Part shown: piece after piece, positions 22,693 to 31,850 of the stretch
Numbering within the stretch: the first letter of the stretch is position 1
Layout of the letters: the number at the start of each line of letters is the position of its first letter
Source: Coprobacillaceae bacterium
GTDB lineage: Bacteria > Bacillota_I > Bacilli_A > Erysipelotrichales > Coprobacillaceae
Length of the DNA stretch: 32,000 bases
Assembly (NCBI GenBank): GCA_963675915.1
Contig: OY780959.1
Span: forward strand, 2,430,001 to 2,462,000
Direction of reading: 5' to 3'
The notes under the pieces: generated by a model
Seen by the model: the letters and a program-made list of their open reading frames with translations, nothing else
Database searches by the model: none
What the model was told of the DNA's origin: nothing
Translations under genes and position numbers: made by a program

Positions 22693-24583
22693 GTATGCCG
22701 GGCATGGCATATATCTAGGTGGTGAAAGTCCACTGTGGGGGTGACGTCGCAACTGCCAACCACTAGCCAATATCAAGGGTGTCCATCGTGAGGTGGAATC
22801 TGAAAGAAGATGGAGGCAAAACCCTGGTCCGAGGTACACAAATCACATATCAGGCAGGTAATGGGGACGAGCGTGCCAAACAACGCGAAGTCATAAGAGG
22901 TTGCGGAATACAACTATTACATGTAAATGTGGCGGATATATGGGGTGAAAGAGATATGACCTTATCCCGGGAGATCTTGCGAGGGAGCAATCCTAGTAAC
23001 AACGAATCGCAAGAAGTCAGCAGACGTCGTAGTAGCGAAGAAGTGGCTGTAATGGCCATGGAGTGAAGGACTGAATGAATCTATCAGTTATTAAAATTAG
23101 GCTTGATTTCATCGCGCGAAACCTCAAAGACAGACGAACACACTATCAAGGCCCGAAAGAAGAATGTAGGGGAAGTGAGCCTGATGAATAGCGAAATCAA
23201 TGGAGGTAACGGAAATATGAATACTGATAACACATTACTTGAAGAAATGCTTAGTGATATCAATCTCAAAAAGGCATATACCCAAGTAAAACGAAACAAA
23301 GGCGCTAGTGGCGTTGATGGAATGAAAGTATTGGACCTCAAAGGACATCTCGATGAACATCTTGATGAAATAAAGGAAATGATACAAAACAGGAAATACA
23401 AACCACAGCCTGTATTAAGAGTGGAAATACCTAAACTAGATGGTGGAGTTAGAAACCTAGGAGTGCCAACAGTGCTCGACAGGTTCGTTCAACAAGCCAT
23501 CGCCCAGGTATTGATTCCTATCTATGAACCCTTGTTCAGCGATAACAGCTACGGTTTTAGACCTAATAGAAATTGTGAGATGGCAATCATCAAATCATTG
23601 GAATACATGAATGATGGTTTCCAATGGATTGTTGACATTGACTTGGAGAAATTCTTTGATAACATCAACCACGATAAATTGATTACCTTAATCATGAAAG
23701 ATGTCAAGAATGGTGAAATTGTATCACTGATAAGAAAATTCCTGGTAAGTGGAATAAGCATTGATGGAGAATACAAAGAGTCAATAATCGGATCAAGCCA
23801 AGGAGGGCCGTTGAGTCCATTGTTGAGTAATATCGTCCTTAACGAACTCGACAAAGAATTGGAGGCTAGAGGGTTGCATTTTACTAGGTACGCTGATGAC
23901 TGCATGATATTTGTCGGTAGCAGTAAAGCTGCAGATAGAGTTATGGAGAATGTGCGAAAGTTCATTGAAAAGAAGTTGGGGCTCAAGGTCAACATGACCA
24001 AAAGCAAAGTATCCAAACCAAATGATATCAAATACTTGGGATTTGGATTCTATTATGACAACTTCAGCCAGTCATGGAAAGCCAAACCACATGCTAAATC
24101 AATAGCTATCTTGAAAGATAAGCTCAGAGAACTGACTAATAGAAGTTGGTCAGTATCATGGGAATTTCGCCTAATGAAAATAAGGCAACTTATTTTCGGG
24201 TGGATCAATTACTACCGAATCGGAAATTTCAAATCCAAATGTGCAAGACTGGATGGCTGGATTAGATTTAGAATCCGAATGTACCTGTGGAAGAAATGGA
24301 AAACCATCAAGAACCGTAGAAAACAGTTGAGAAAACTAGGGGCCCAAAGATGGCAATATGAATCATGGTCAAATTCCAGGAAATCATATGCCCGCTGTGC
24401 AAGCACGTTTCTGCGAACCAAAATAACAAACAAAGTACTCAAAAGAAATGGTCTAGCATCACTGCTAGACCAATATCAGTTAAAACATATTTTAGTATAG
24501 ATTTAAACCGCCGTATGCCGGACGGCACGTACGGTGGTGTGAGAGGTCGGAAATAAAATTTTATTTATTTCCTCCTACTCGAT
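22693..24583 (+). mobile_element. Bacterial class C (IIC) group II intron, apparently full length (~1.89 kb)
   Basis: The 5' end GTATGCCGGGCATGG and domain I blocks (GGTGAAAGTCC, AAGGGTGTCC, GGAATCTGAA, GAAGTCAGCAGA) closely resemble the Oceanobacillus iheyensis IIC ribozyme as I recall it. Domain V is CCGCCGTATGCC-GGAC-GGCACGTACGGTGG at 24508..24537 with the IIC-type CGC triad. Domain VI has a bulged A at 24577. The 3' end is uncertain by +/-2 nt. Confidence 0.85.
23184..24500 (+). CDS. Group II intron-encoded reverse transcriptase/maturase (no endonuclease domain)
   Basis: RT blocks are present, including NKGASGVDG, FRPNRNCEMA, DLEKFFDNINHD, PQGGPLSPLLSNI-like SQGGPLSPLLSNI and YADDCMIF. 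A C-terminal X/maturase region (WINYYRIGN) follows. I prefer the ATG at 23184 over the TTG at 23103. Confidence 0.9.
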   Translation: MNSEINGGNGNMNTDNTLLEEMLSDINLKKAYTQVKRNKGASGVDGMKVLDLKGHLDEHLDEIKEMIQNRKYKPQPVLRVEIPKLDGGVRNLGVPTVLDRFVQQAIAQVLIPIYEPLFSDNSYGFRPNRNCEMAIIKSLEYMNDGFQWIVDIDLEKFFDNINHDKLITLIMKDVKNGEIVSLIRKFLVSGISIDGEYKESIIGSSQGGPLSPLLSNIVLNELDKELEARGLHFTRYADDCMIFVGSSKAADRVMENVRKFIEKKLGLKVNMTKSKVSKPNDIKYLGFGFYYDNFSQSWKAKPHAKSIAILKDKLRELTNRSWSVSWEFRLMKIRQLIFGWINYYRIGNFKSKCARLDGWIRFRIRMYLWKKWKTIKNRRKQLRKLGAQRWQYESWSNSRKSYARCASTFLRTKITNKVLKRNGLASLLDQYQLKHILV

Positions 24584-24712
24584 TGGTTTGCCATTTTCGA
24601 AAAAAGTTCGTTATTTACAGGATTTGAAATTAGATTGCACTAAAGGCCGATATTTGGTAGAAGTATGTAAATGGAACTATATGAAAATCAGACTGGAATG
24701 GAGAAACAGGAC

Positions 24713-25486
24713 ATGAAAAAGAAATATATATTTTTTGATATTGACGGAACTTTGGCGGCGGGAAAAGTTGGGGAACAGTACGTTCCTGAGTCGACCAAAC
24801 TTGCGATTGAAAAACTACGCGAACAAGGTCATTTCACGGCAATAGCCACCGGGAGAAGCTATGCGATGGCCAAAGGTCATATGGAGGAATTGGGATTTTC
24901 AAATATGGTCAGTGATGGCGGTAATGGCGTCACCATTGACAATGAATTGCTGGGAATTGAGCCGTTGGAATACGAAAAATGTCTAGCGCTGATTGATGAG
25001 TGCCGCCAAAAGAATGTGATTTGGGCATTTTCGCCTGATAATGATGTGCGCCGATTGGCTCCGGATGAGCGTTTTTATGAGTTCACCCGCGATCTCTATA
25101 TGAAGACCGAGGTAAAGGAAAATCTTGATCCTCGCGACTATGATCAAATTTACAAGGTTTACATCGCCTGTTACCATGAAGAAGAGAAACAACTGAAAAC
25201 ATTGGCTGAACTGCCATGGTGCCGTTTCCACAAAGAATATCTTTTTGTCGAACCAGGGGATAAATCGATTGGAATCAAGAAAATTGTCGACCATCTGGGC
25301 GGTGATTACGAAGATGTTGTTGTGTTCGGGGATGAAAAAAATGACTTGAGCATGTTTATCGACGAGTGGACCAGTGTTGCTATGGGAAATGCCATTGATG
25401 AGTTGAAAAAACTGGCGACATATGTCACTGATGAATGTGATAAGGATGGGATATACAACGCCTGCAAACATTTGAATTTGTTTTAG
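24713..25486 (+). CDS. Cof-type HAD-IIB family phosphatase/hydrolase
   Basis: Motif I FFDIDGTL lies directly after the preferred start MKKKY. TGR and GDEKND (motif IV) are present. Start choice among 24671, 24698 and 24713 is uncertain. Confidence 0.8.
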   Translation: MKKKYIFFDIDGTLAAGKVGEQYVPESTKLAIEKLREQGHFTAIATGRSYAMAKGHMEELGFSNMVSDGGNGVTIDNELLGIEPLEYEKCLALIDECRQKNVIWAFSPDNDVRRLAPDERFYEFTRDLYMKTEVKENLDPRDYDQIYKVYIACYHEEEKQLKTLAELPWCRFHKEYLFVEPGDKSIGIKKIVDHLGGDYEDVVVFGDEKNDLSMFIDEWTSVAMGNAIDELKKLATYVTDECDKDGIYNACKHLNLF

Positions 25487-25523
25487 GGCCAAAATTCAAG
25501 CGGATTCGCTCCGTCAAGGCACG

Positions 25524-25553
25524 AAAAAAGTCAATCGCAAGATTGACTTTTTT
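25524..25553. terminator. Bidirectional intrinsic terminator (HAD + / panD -)
   Basis: AAAAAA-GTCAATC-gcaa-GATTGAC-TTTTTT. Confidence 0.75.
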
Positions 25554-25561
25554 GGTTCTTA

Positions 25562-25945
25562 TTATTGAAGTTTACCGTGTTTTTCGTAATTGGTAACTCT
25601 CGATATTTTATTGTTCTCATCCACAAAAACAACCTTGGGCGGATTTTCCTGAAGCTCAGTGGGACTCATGAGAGCATAACACATGATGATCACCAAATCG
25701 CCGGGAGCCACAAGTCTTGCAGCGGGACCGTTAAGACAAATGATGCCACTGCCGCGTTCTCCGCGGATTACATATGTTTCCAGGCGGCTGCCGTTATTGA
25801 CATCGACAACCTGAACCTTTTCATATTCGTTGATTCCGGCCTGATCCATCAGTTCCTCATCAATGGTGATGCTGCCGACGTAATTGATATCGGCCTGGGT
25901 TACTACAGCTCGGTGGATTTTACATTTAAGTCCATGAATTTGCAT
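25562..25945 (-). CDS. panD: Aspartate 1-decarboxylase
   Basis: [25 protein letters not shown] contains the Gly-Ser self-processing site. Length is 127 aa. Confidence 0.92.
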   Translation of the reverse strand: MQIHGLKCKIHRAVVTQADINYVGSITIDEELMDQAGINEYEKVQVVDVNNGSRLETYVIRGERGSGIICLNGPAARLVAPGDLVIIMCYALMSPTELQENPPKVVFVDENNKISRVTNYEKHGKLQ

Positions 25946-25947
25946 AG

Positions 25948-26805
25948 TTAGTTTTCCTCCTTGACGTTGATGATGATATTGTCAATCAGACGGGTCGTTC
26001 CGATTCTTACCGCCAGGGCGATCAAAGTATTGCCTTCGATTTTTTCGATCAGTTCGATATCGTCACTGTCAACTATTTCAACGTAGTCGATCTCGCAAAG
26101 CGGCATCGTCGAAATTTTATCAATTATCAATGCTTTGACTGTGGCGGCATCTCGTTCGCCTTGTAAAATCGCTTTTTGGGCAGCGGTAAGGGCTTGGTAT
26201 AATACCGGAGCCTGTTGACGCTCTTCAGGATTTAAATAGGTGTTTCTTGAGCTCATGGCCAAGCCGTCGCTCTCGCGGACAATCGGACATCCGACAATGT
26301 TGATGTTGAAATTAAGGTCTTTGACCATTCTTTTGATCACGGCCAGCTGCTGGGCATCTTTTTGGCCGAAGTAGGCCTGATCGGGACTGACAATATTGAA
26401 AAGCTTGGCAACCACAGTGCAGACTCCGCGGAAATGATCAGGACGGGAGCGGCCGCAAAGTTCGCCGGTCACTTTGGTCATATCAACGTAACTGCAGAAT
26501 CCCTCCGGATAAATTTCCGCTGGATCAGGATTGAAGATCAGATCGGCTCCAGCTTGCTGACAGGTGATGCTGTCTTTTTCAAAATCGCGGGGATAAGTGC
26601 TCAAATCCTCATTGGCTGAGAATTGGGTAGGATTGACGAAAACGCTGACAACGGTTTTATCATTTTCGCTTGCTGATTTTTCAATCAGGCTTTTATGTCC
26701 ATCGTGAAGGTATCCCATGGTTGGGACAAAGCCGATTGAATAGCCTTGTTCTCGCCAGGTTTTAATCTGTTCACGGATAATTTGTATAGATTTACTTGTT
26801 TTCAT
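25948..26805 (-). CDS. panC: Pantoate--beta-alanine ligase
   Basis: [16 protein letters not shown] (HIGH-like motif), FVNPTQF and SSRN are present. Length is 285 aa. Confidence 0.92.
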   Translation of the reverse strand: MKTSKSIQIIREQIKTWREQGYSIGFVPTMGYLHDGHKSLIEKSASENDKTVVSVFVNPTQFSANEDLSTYPRDFEKDSITCQQAGADLIFNPDPAEIYPEGFCSYVDMTKVTGELCGRSRPDHFRGVCTVVAKLFNIVSPDQAYFGQKDAQQLAVIKRMVKDLNFNINIVGCPIVRESDGLAMSSRNTYLNPEERQQAPVLYQALTAAQKAILQGERDAATVKALIIDKISTMPLCEIDYVEIVDSDDIELIEKIEGNTLIALAVRIGTTRLIDNIIINVKEEN

Positions 26806-27667
26806 TGCAATTGCTCCTGTTCGCTAATAAATCATCGGTTGGCTGGATTTGTTCCATTACTTCCGGATTGATTTTGAAACTGTGAGATGAGGTCGGGAAT
26901 TTTGATTCGCTTACTTCATTTTTGAACTCTTCGAGAGCCTGAGTTATCAAGGCGGCGCCATCGAGATATTTCTTCACGAATTTCGGGGTGAATTCGGTAT
27001 TGAGACCAAGCATGTCCTGGAAAACCAAAACTTGCCCGTCGCAGCCGGTACCGGCCCCGATTCCGATTGTGGCGATTGAAATATTTGAAGAAATGTGAGC
27101 TGCCAGAGGGGCGGGAACACATTCCAAAACCAGGGCGAAAGCTCCAGCGGCTTCGATGGCTTTGGCATCTTCAATAAGTTTACGGGCTTGTTCGAGCTGT
27201 TTGCCTTGAACCTTGTAACCTCCCAGGGCATTGAAAGATTGCGGAGTCAGCCCCAAATGAGCCATTACCGGAATCCCGGCGGCGACAATCGCCTTTATTT
27301 GTGGGACCATTTCGATTCCGCCTTCTAGCTTGATTGCATTGGCGTTGGTCATTTTAATCAAGGTTCCCGCATTCTTCAGGGCCTCCTCGACACTGATTTG
27401 GTACGACATGAACGGCATGTCCACTACGACAAAGGCTTTGCTGGTTCCCCGGCATACGGCGCTGGCGTGGTGGACCATGTCAGCTACTGTCACCGGCAGG
27501 ACATTTTCGTATCCCAGCATGACATTTCCCAGGGAATCTCCCACCAGGATCGCATCAATCCCGGCACCATCAACCAGTCTGGCGGTGGTGTAATCGTAAG
27601 CTGTGACCATGGTCAGTTTGCGCTTATCTTGTTTTGCTTTGGAAAACATAGTTATACTGTTTTTCAT
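26792..27667 (-). CDS. panB: 3-methyl-2-oxobutanoate hydroxymethyltransferase
   Basis: LTMVTAYDY, VGDSLGNV and KLEGG are present. It overlaps panC by 14 nt and AGGAGGA lies upstream of the ATG. Confidence 0.9.
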   Translation of the reverse strand: MKNSITMFSKAKQDKRKLTMVTAYDYTTARLVDGAGIDAILVGDSLGNVMLGYENVLPVTVADMVHHASAVCRGTSKAFVVVDMPFMSYQISVEEALKNAGTLIKMTNANAIKLEGGIEMVPQIKAIVAAGIPVMAHLGLTPQSFNALGGYKVQGKQLEQARKLIEDAKAIEAAGAFALVLECVPAPLAAHISSNISIATIGIGAGTGCDGQVLVFQDMLGLNTEFTPKFVKKYLDGAALITQALEEFKNEVSESKFPTSSHSFKINPEVMEQIQPTDDLLANRSNCNENK

Positions 27668-28143
27668 AATTCCTCCTAATATGTGTATTTAGAGGATTCG
27701 ATATTGAGAAAATCTCAAGTTATTGATACATTTTAGGCAAACAAAAAAGAATACGTCGTGTATATAAGTCATTCGATCCCATTAACTAAGTATTTTGCCA
27801 GTTGTATTTGAATGTAAAGTGAAATCTTTCTCGGTATAGTTTCTCATCGAATACCATCCATTGATAAATGTAACACGGATTTGATAATAGTTCAATCAAA
27901 AAACCGGAATATGCCAAAAAAGTGCGATATAAACAATGTTTTTACTCGTTAATAAATTGTAAACACAAAATTTGGTGATATAATTAAATTATCAAGAAGT
28001 GTTTCTTTTGGAACGTTAAAACCATATATGTGACCGTAACTGAGGTTGGTGAAGAGTTGCCTGGCTGCAGGTTGCCAGGGGGTATTATAATTGATTTTAA
28101 TGTTTATTGGATATTCTTTAATCTGGATAATGGAGGTATTATT

Positions 28144-28941
28144 ATGAAAGTGAATGGAAAAGTGATTGTGGTTACCGGAGCCGGTGATGGGGTCGGGCGC
28201 CAGTTAACGCTGCAATTATTGGAAAAAGGGGCTATAGTGGCAGGAGTTGACAACCATAAAGCCCGGCTGTTGGCCACTAAAAAGCTGACTGGCGACAATC
28301 CCCGTTTTTCAATACATCATCTTGATGTGGCTGATAGCGAAGCGGTCGAAGCGCTCAGTGATGAATTGCTGCAAATCCACGGTGTGATTGACGGATTGAT
28401 CAATAATGCTGGAATAATCCAACCGTTTATCGATATCAACGATCTTGATGTTGAGCAAATCAAACGGGTCATGGATGTCAATTTTTATGGCCAACTCTAT
28501 ATGATCAAGGCCTGTTTGCCTTTGCTGCTTGAGCGGAATGAAGCCCAGATTCTCAATATCTCCAGTATGGGCGGCTTTCTTCCGGTACCCGGTCAAACTG
28601 CTTATGGAGCTTCCAAAGCGGCGGTGATCATGCTTACTGGAGGGCTCAGATCGGAGTTACGCCGGACTAATATCGGAGTTGCTCTGGTTATTCCCGGGTC
28701 GATGAATACCAATATCACCCAAAATTCAGGAGTACCTGTTGACAGTGCTGATCCGGATTCGCCATTGGCCAAAATGCTGCTGCAGCCAGAAAAGGCGGCG
28801 GCTAAAATAATCAAGGCTTTCGAGAAGAATAAACGCGTGACTTATCTTGGAAAAGATACCAATTTTTTCAATGTTCTCAACAAATTCGCACCAAAACTTG
28901 GCGTCAAGCTGATCAACAAGGCGTTGACTTTGCGGAAATAG
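28144..28941 (+). CDS. SDR-family oxidoreductase
   Basis: The start is trimmed to the ATG at 28144 (GGAGG upstream). VTGAGDGVGR, NNAG and S...YGASK are present. The 38 upstream codons of ORF 28030 have no SDR counterpart. Confidence 0.8.
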   Translation: MKVNGKVIVVTGAGDGVGRQLTLQLLEKGAIVAGVDNHKARLLATKKLTGDNPRFSIHHLDVADSEAVEALSDELLQIHGVIDGLINNAGIIQPFIDINDLDVEQIKRVMDVNFYGQLYMIKACLPLLLERNEAQILNISSMGGFLPVPGQTAYGASKAAVIMLTGGLRSELRRTNIGVALVIPGSMNTNITQNSGVPVDSADPDSPLAKMLLQPEKAAAKIIKAFEKNKRVTYLGKDTNFFNVLNKFAPKLGVKLINKALTLRK

Positions 28942-29051
28942 AGCTGGACTGCAATCCGTCAGGGGAATGCCGGTTCAATTGGGAAACGGCTTTTTAAAAC
29001 AACTTGAATTGATAAAAAAAGTTTACGTTAATAAAAAACTTTCAATAGCGA

Positions 29052-29080
29052 TTGACATTTGATAAGGTCGCTTCTATAAT
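29052..29080 (+). promoter_or_regulatory. Consensus sigma-A promoter (TTGACA-17-TATAAT)
   Basis: TTGACA lies at 29052..29057 and TATAAT at 29075..29080 with an exact 17-nt spacer, 41 nt upstream of the ATG at 29122. Confidence 0.65.
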
Positions 29081-29121
29081 TAGCCCTAGATAAAGGGATA
29101 ATACAAGATAGGGGGATTATT

Positions 29122-29850
29122 ATGAAGGCGTTAATAGGTGTTGTCGCAGGAGCTAATTTTGAATCGGTTTTGAATCGTCAGATGAATTCGGTGAGTGTCG
29201 AATATTGCGATTCGATCTCGGCTTGTGGCGGAGTTCCGATTGTCATTCCGATGAACTGTGATGACAGTCTGCTTGAACATTATTGTGATATGTGCGATGG
29301 ATTTGTGTTTACCGGAGGGGCGGATATCAATCCAATCAACTATGGCGAAGAGCCGCACCATAAGCTGGGCGAAACCAATATGAAATTTGATGATTTCCAG
29401 CTTGCTTTGATCAAAAAAGTCCTGGCGGTCCAAAAGCCGCTGCTGGGAATCTGTCGTGGTCATCAGTTGTTGAATGTGGCGTGCGGGGGCACTTTGTTCC
29501 AGGATCTTTCTGAGGATTCACGATGTTCAATCCGTCATTTCCAGGTTGAAAAACCGCGCTGGTCTGCAAGTCATAAAGTGAGTTTCACCAAAGATTCGAA
29601 ATTGCACGATATTTTTGACGATGAGGCCCTGACCAACAGCTATCATCATCAAACGGTCAAGGATTTGGGACGTAATCTCAAAATAACGGCTTTGGCGGCG
29701 GATGATACTGTCGAAAGTATTGAAGTCATTGACCACCCCTTCCAAGTCGGGGTTCAATGGCATCCGGAAATGTTTTTTGGCGAAAATGACCAGATGCTAA
29801 AAATATTCCAAAAACTTGTCGACGTGACGGCAGCGCAGCGACAAGGGTAG
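29122..29850 (+). CDS. Class I glutamine amidotransferase-like gamma-glutamyl hydrolase (peptidase C26, PuuD-like)
   Basis: The nucleophile elbow LGICRGHQLLNV and the GVQWHPE motif are present. Length is 242 aa. Confidence 0.85.
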   Translation: MKALIGVVAGANFESVLNRQMNSVSVEYCDSISACGGVPIVIPMNCDDSLLEHYCDMCDGFVFTGGADINPINYGEEPHHKLGETNMKFDDFQLALIKKVLAVQKPLLGICRGHQLLNVACGGTLFQDLSEDSRCSIRHFQVEKPRWSASHKVSFTKDSKLHDIFDDEALTNSYHHQTVKDLGRNLKITALAADDTVESIEVIDHPFQVGVQWHPEMFFGENDQMLKIFQKLVDVTAAQRQG

Positions 29851-29857
29851 TGAAATC

Positions 29858-29897
29858 AAGACCGGTAAGATCAAAAATGATCAGCCCGGTCTTTTTT
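29858..29897 (+). terminator. Intrinsic terminator
   Basis: AAGACCGG...CCGGTCTT with an inner GATCA/TGATC stem, followed by TTTTTT. Confidence 0.65.
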
Positions 29898-30006
29898 GAT
29901 AGTTGATATTTGAGGTCTGATTTCAGGTGATTTACTGTAAACGCAAATATGTTCCGATTTTGTTTGGGTAATATATAAATATCGGTTACATTTTAAGCGC
30001 AATCTT

Positions 30007-30035
30007 TTGAATTATGGCGGTTTGTATGTTAGAAT
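30007..30035 (+). promoter_or_regulatory. Putative promoter (TTGAAT-17-TAGAAT) of the M18 aminopeptidase gene
   Basis: The hexamers lie at 30007..30012 and 30030..30035 with a 17-nt spacer. Confidence 0.5.
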
Positions 30036-30063
30036 AAGCCCGTAAATAATGGAGGAAATTAAT

Positions 30064-31431
30064 ATGTACAATAAAAATGCATGGGAGAAATACAGTTCTA
30101 ACGACTATAAAGACGTTATGGACTTCAATGAAGATTATAAAGTCTTCTTATCTAATGGGAAAACTGAGCGGGCAGTAATCAAAGAAACAATCGAGCTGGC
30201 TCAAGCGGCTGGTTTTAGACCTTTTGAAGAGTTCGATACAGTTAAAACCGGAGACAAATTCTATGTCATCAATCATAATAAAAATATTGCCCTGTTTGTA
30301 ATGGGGAGCAAACCCCTGAGTGCCGGGATGAGAGTCTTGGGAGCACACATTGATTCGCCAAGAATGGATTTGAAACCTAACCCTTTATATGAAGCGGAAG
30401 GATTCGCTTTATTGGATACTCACTATTACGGTGGAATCAAGAAATACCAATGGGTTGCCATCCCGCTGTCACTTCATGGAGTTGTCATCAAACGTGATGG
30501 TTCAACTATTGATGTTGTCATCGGTGAGGATGAAACTGATCCGGTACTGGGAATCACTGATTTGCTGCCGCATTTGGCTCAAGAACAAATGGATAAAAAA
30601 GCCGCTAAATTGATCGATGGGGAAAAACTTGACCTTACTTTCGGATCAATCCCGGTTAAAGATTGTGAAAAAGACGCAACCAAAGAAAATATCGTGAAAC
30701 TGCTTAAAGACAAATATGATATCGAAGAGGAAGATTTCCTTTCAGCTGAAATCGAAGTTGTTCCAGCCGGACCGGCTCGTGACTACGGAATTGACCGTTC
30801 AATGGTAGCTGGATACGGGCATGATGACCGAGTTTGTGCTTATACTTCACTACAAGCCATTTTGGCAGTAGGTGATATTGAATATACATCATGCTGTATT
30901 TTGGTTGACAAAGAGGAAGTTGGCTCAATCGGGGCAACTGGAGCTCAATCACTATTCTTTGAAAACACAGTTGGGGAAATCCTGGAAAAACAAGGAAACA
31001 CCAATTTCATGGATGTGCGTCGGGCAATGCAAAACACAATGATGCTTTCTTCTGATGTTTCGGCAGCTTTGGATCCTCTTTATCCGGAAGTTACTGAAAA
31101 GAAAAATGCTGCTTTCTTGGGTAATGGAATTGTCTTCAACAAATACACCGGAGCCCGTGGGAAGAGCGGATCAAACGATGCGTCACCTGAATACATGGCC
31201 CGAATCCGTAAAATCATGGATGAAGAGAAAATCAATTTCCAAACTGCGGAATTAGGAAAGGTTGACCAAGGTGGTGGCGGAACCATCGCATATATTCTGG
31301 GGAACTATAATATGAATGTAATCGACGCTGGAGTTGCTGTGTTGAACATGCACGCTCCAATGGAGGTTGTTTCTAAAGTTGATGTTTATGAAGCTTACCT
31401 GGCTTACAAGGTATTCTTAGAAAAAGCATAA
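30064..31431 (+). CDS. M18-family aminopeptidase (aspartyl aminopeptidase-like)
   Basis: A length of about 455 aa, AHIDSPR, HDDRVCAY, DKEEVGS and the MHAP motif are typical of peptidase M18. I prefer the ATG at 30064, 8 nt after GGAGGA. Confidence 0.85.
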   Translation: MYNKNAWEKYSSNDYKDVMDFNEDYKVFLSNGKTERAVIKETIELAQAAGFRPFEEFDTVKTGDKFYVINHNKNIALFVMGSKPLSAGMRVLGAHIDSPRMDLKPNPLYEAEGFALLDTHYYGGIKKYQWVAIPLSLHGVVIKRDGSTIDVVIGEDETDPVLGITDLLPHLAQEQMDKKAAKLIDGEKLDLTFGSIPVKDCEKDATKENIVKLLKDKYDIEEEDFLSAEIEVVPAGPARDYGIDRSMVAGYGHDDRVCAYTSLQAILAVGDIEYTSCCILVDKEEVGSIGATGAQSLFFENTVGEILEKQGNTNFMDVRRAMQNTMMLSSDVSAALDPLYPEVTEKKNAAFLGNGIVFNKYTGARGKSGSNDASPEYMARIRKIMDEEKINFQTAELGKVDQGGGGTIAYILGNYNMNVIDAGVAVLNMHAPMEVVSKVDVYEAYLAYKVFLEKA

Positions 31432-31436
31432 ATGAT

Positions 31437-31464
31437 AAGACCGGCAATCCGGTCTTTTCTTTTT
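31437..31464 (+). terminator. Intrinsic terminator
   Basis: AAGACCGG-caat-CCGGTCTT followed by TTCTTTTT. Confidence 0.75.
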
Positions 31465-31528
31465 AAACTAAAAAATAGAGCGGTTTCATTTTTGTTTTTA
31501 GTAAATTTAAAATATTCAGTTTATTTTA

Positions 31529-31557
31529 TTGACAAATTTTATTCTATCTAGTATTCT
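31529..31557 (+). promoter_or_regulatory. Putative promoter of the trp leader (TTGACA-17-TATTCT)
   Basis: TTGACA lies at 31529..31534 and TATTCT at 31552..31557. Confidence 0.5.
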
Positions 31558-31564
31558 AGATTTA

Positions 31565-31834
31565 GATAAACCGATGAAGTGGAAATAAAAATAATTGTCG
31601 CCCTTATAGAGAGTTTGGATGGTGGAAGCAAACAGGTAGCAAATTATTAAATGGCCCACTGAGGGCATTGAAGAAAGCGTGCGAGTATTCAATGACGGCA
31701 GATACCGTAAACAATCAGTGATGTGATAGCATCATCAAGTGCATGGAAACATGAAACAAGGTGGCACCGCGGTTAATAATCGTCCTTGGCAGAGAGAGTC
31801 TATTCAGGTCTTTTTCTGTCAGGGATTTTTTTTG
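31565..31834 (+). promoter_or_regulatory. T-box leader (tRNA-sensing riboswitch), probable Trp specifier UGG
   Basis: An AGAGAG box lies at 31608..31613 and a GGTGGAAGC distal element follows. The candidate specifier TGG is at 31652..31654. The T-box core AAGGTGGCACCGCG is at 31758..31771. The terminator is CCTTGGCAGAGAGAG / CTTTTTCTGTCAGGG (31784..31824) plus 8 T. The downstream gene is trpE. Confidence 0.8.
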
Positions 31835-31850
31835 TACAAGGAGAAATAAT

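Noticed and set aside
22779-23066. 95-aa ORF (plus minus-strand ORFs at 22534..22839 and 22850..23059)
   Set aside because: They lie within domains I-III of the group IIC intron ribozyme, and the sequence is explained by conserved RNA structure.
25565-25951. 128-aa plus-strand ORF
   Set aside because: It is the mirror ORF of panD, whose sequence is unmistakable, and has no SD.
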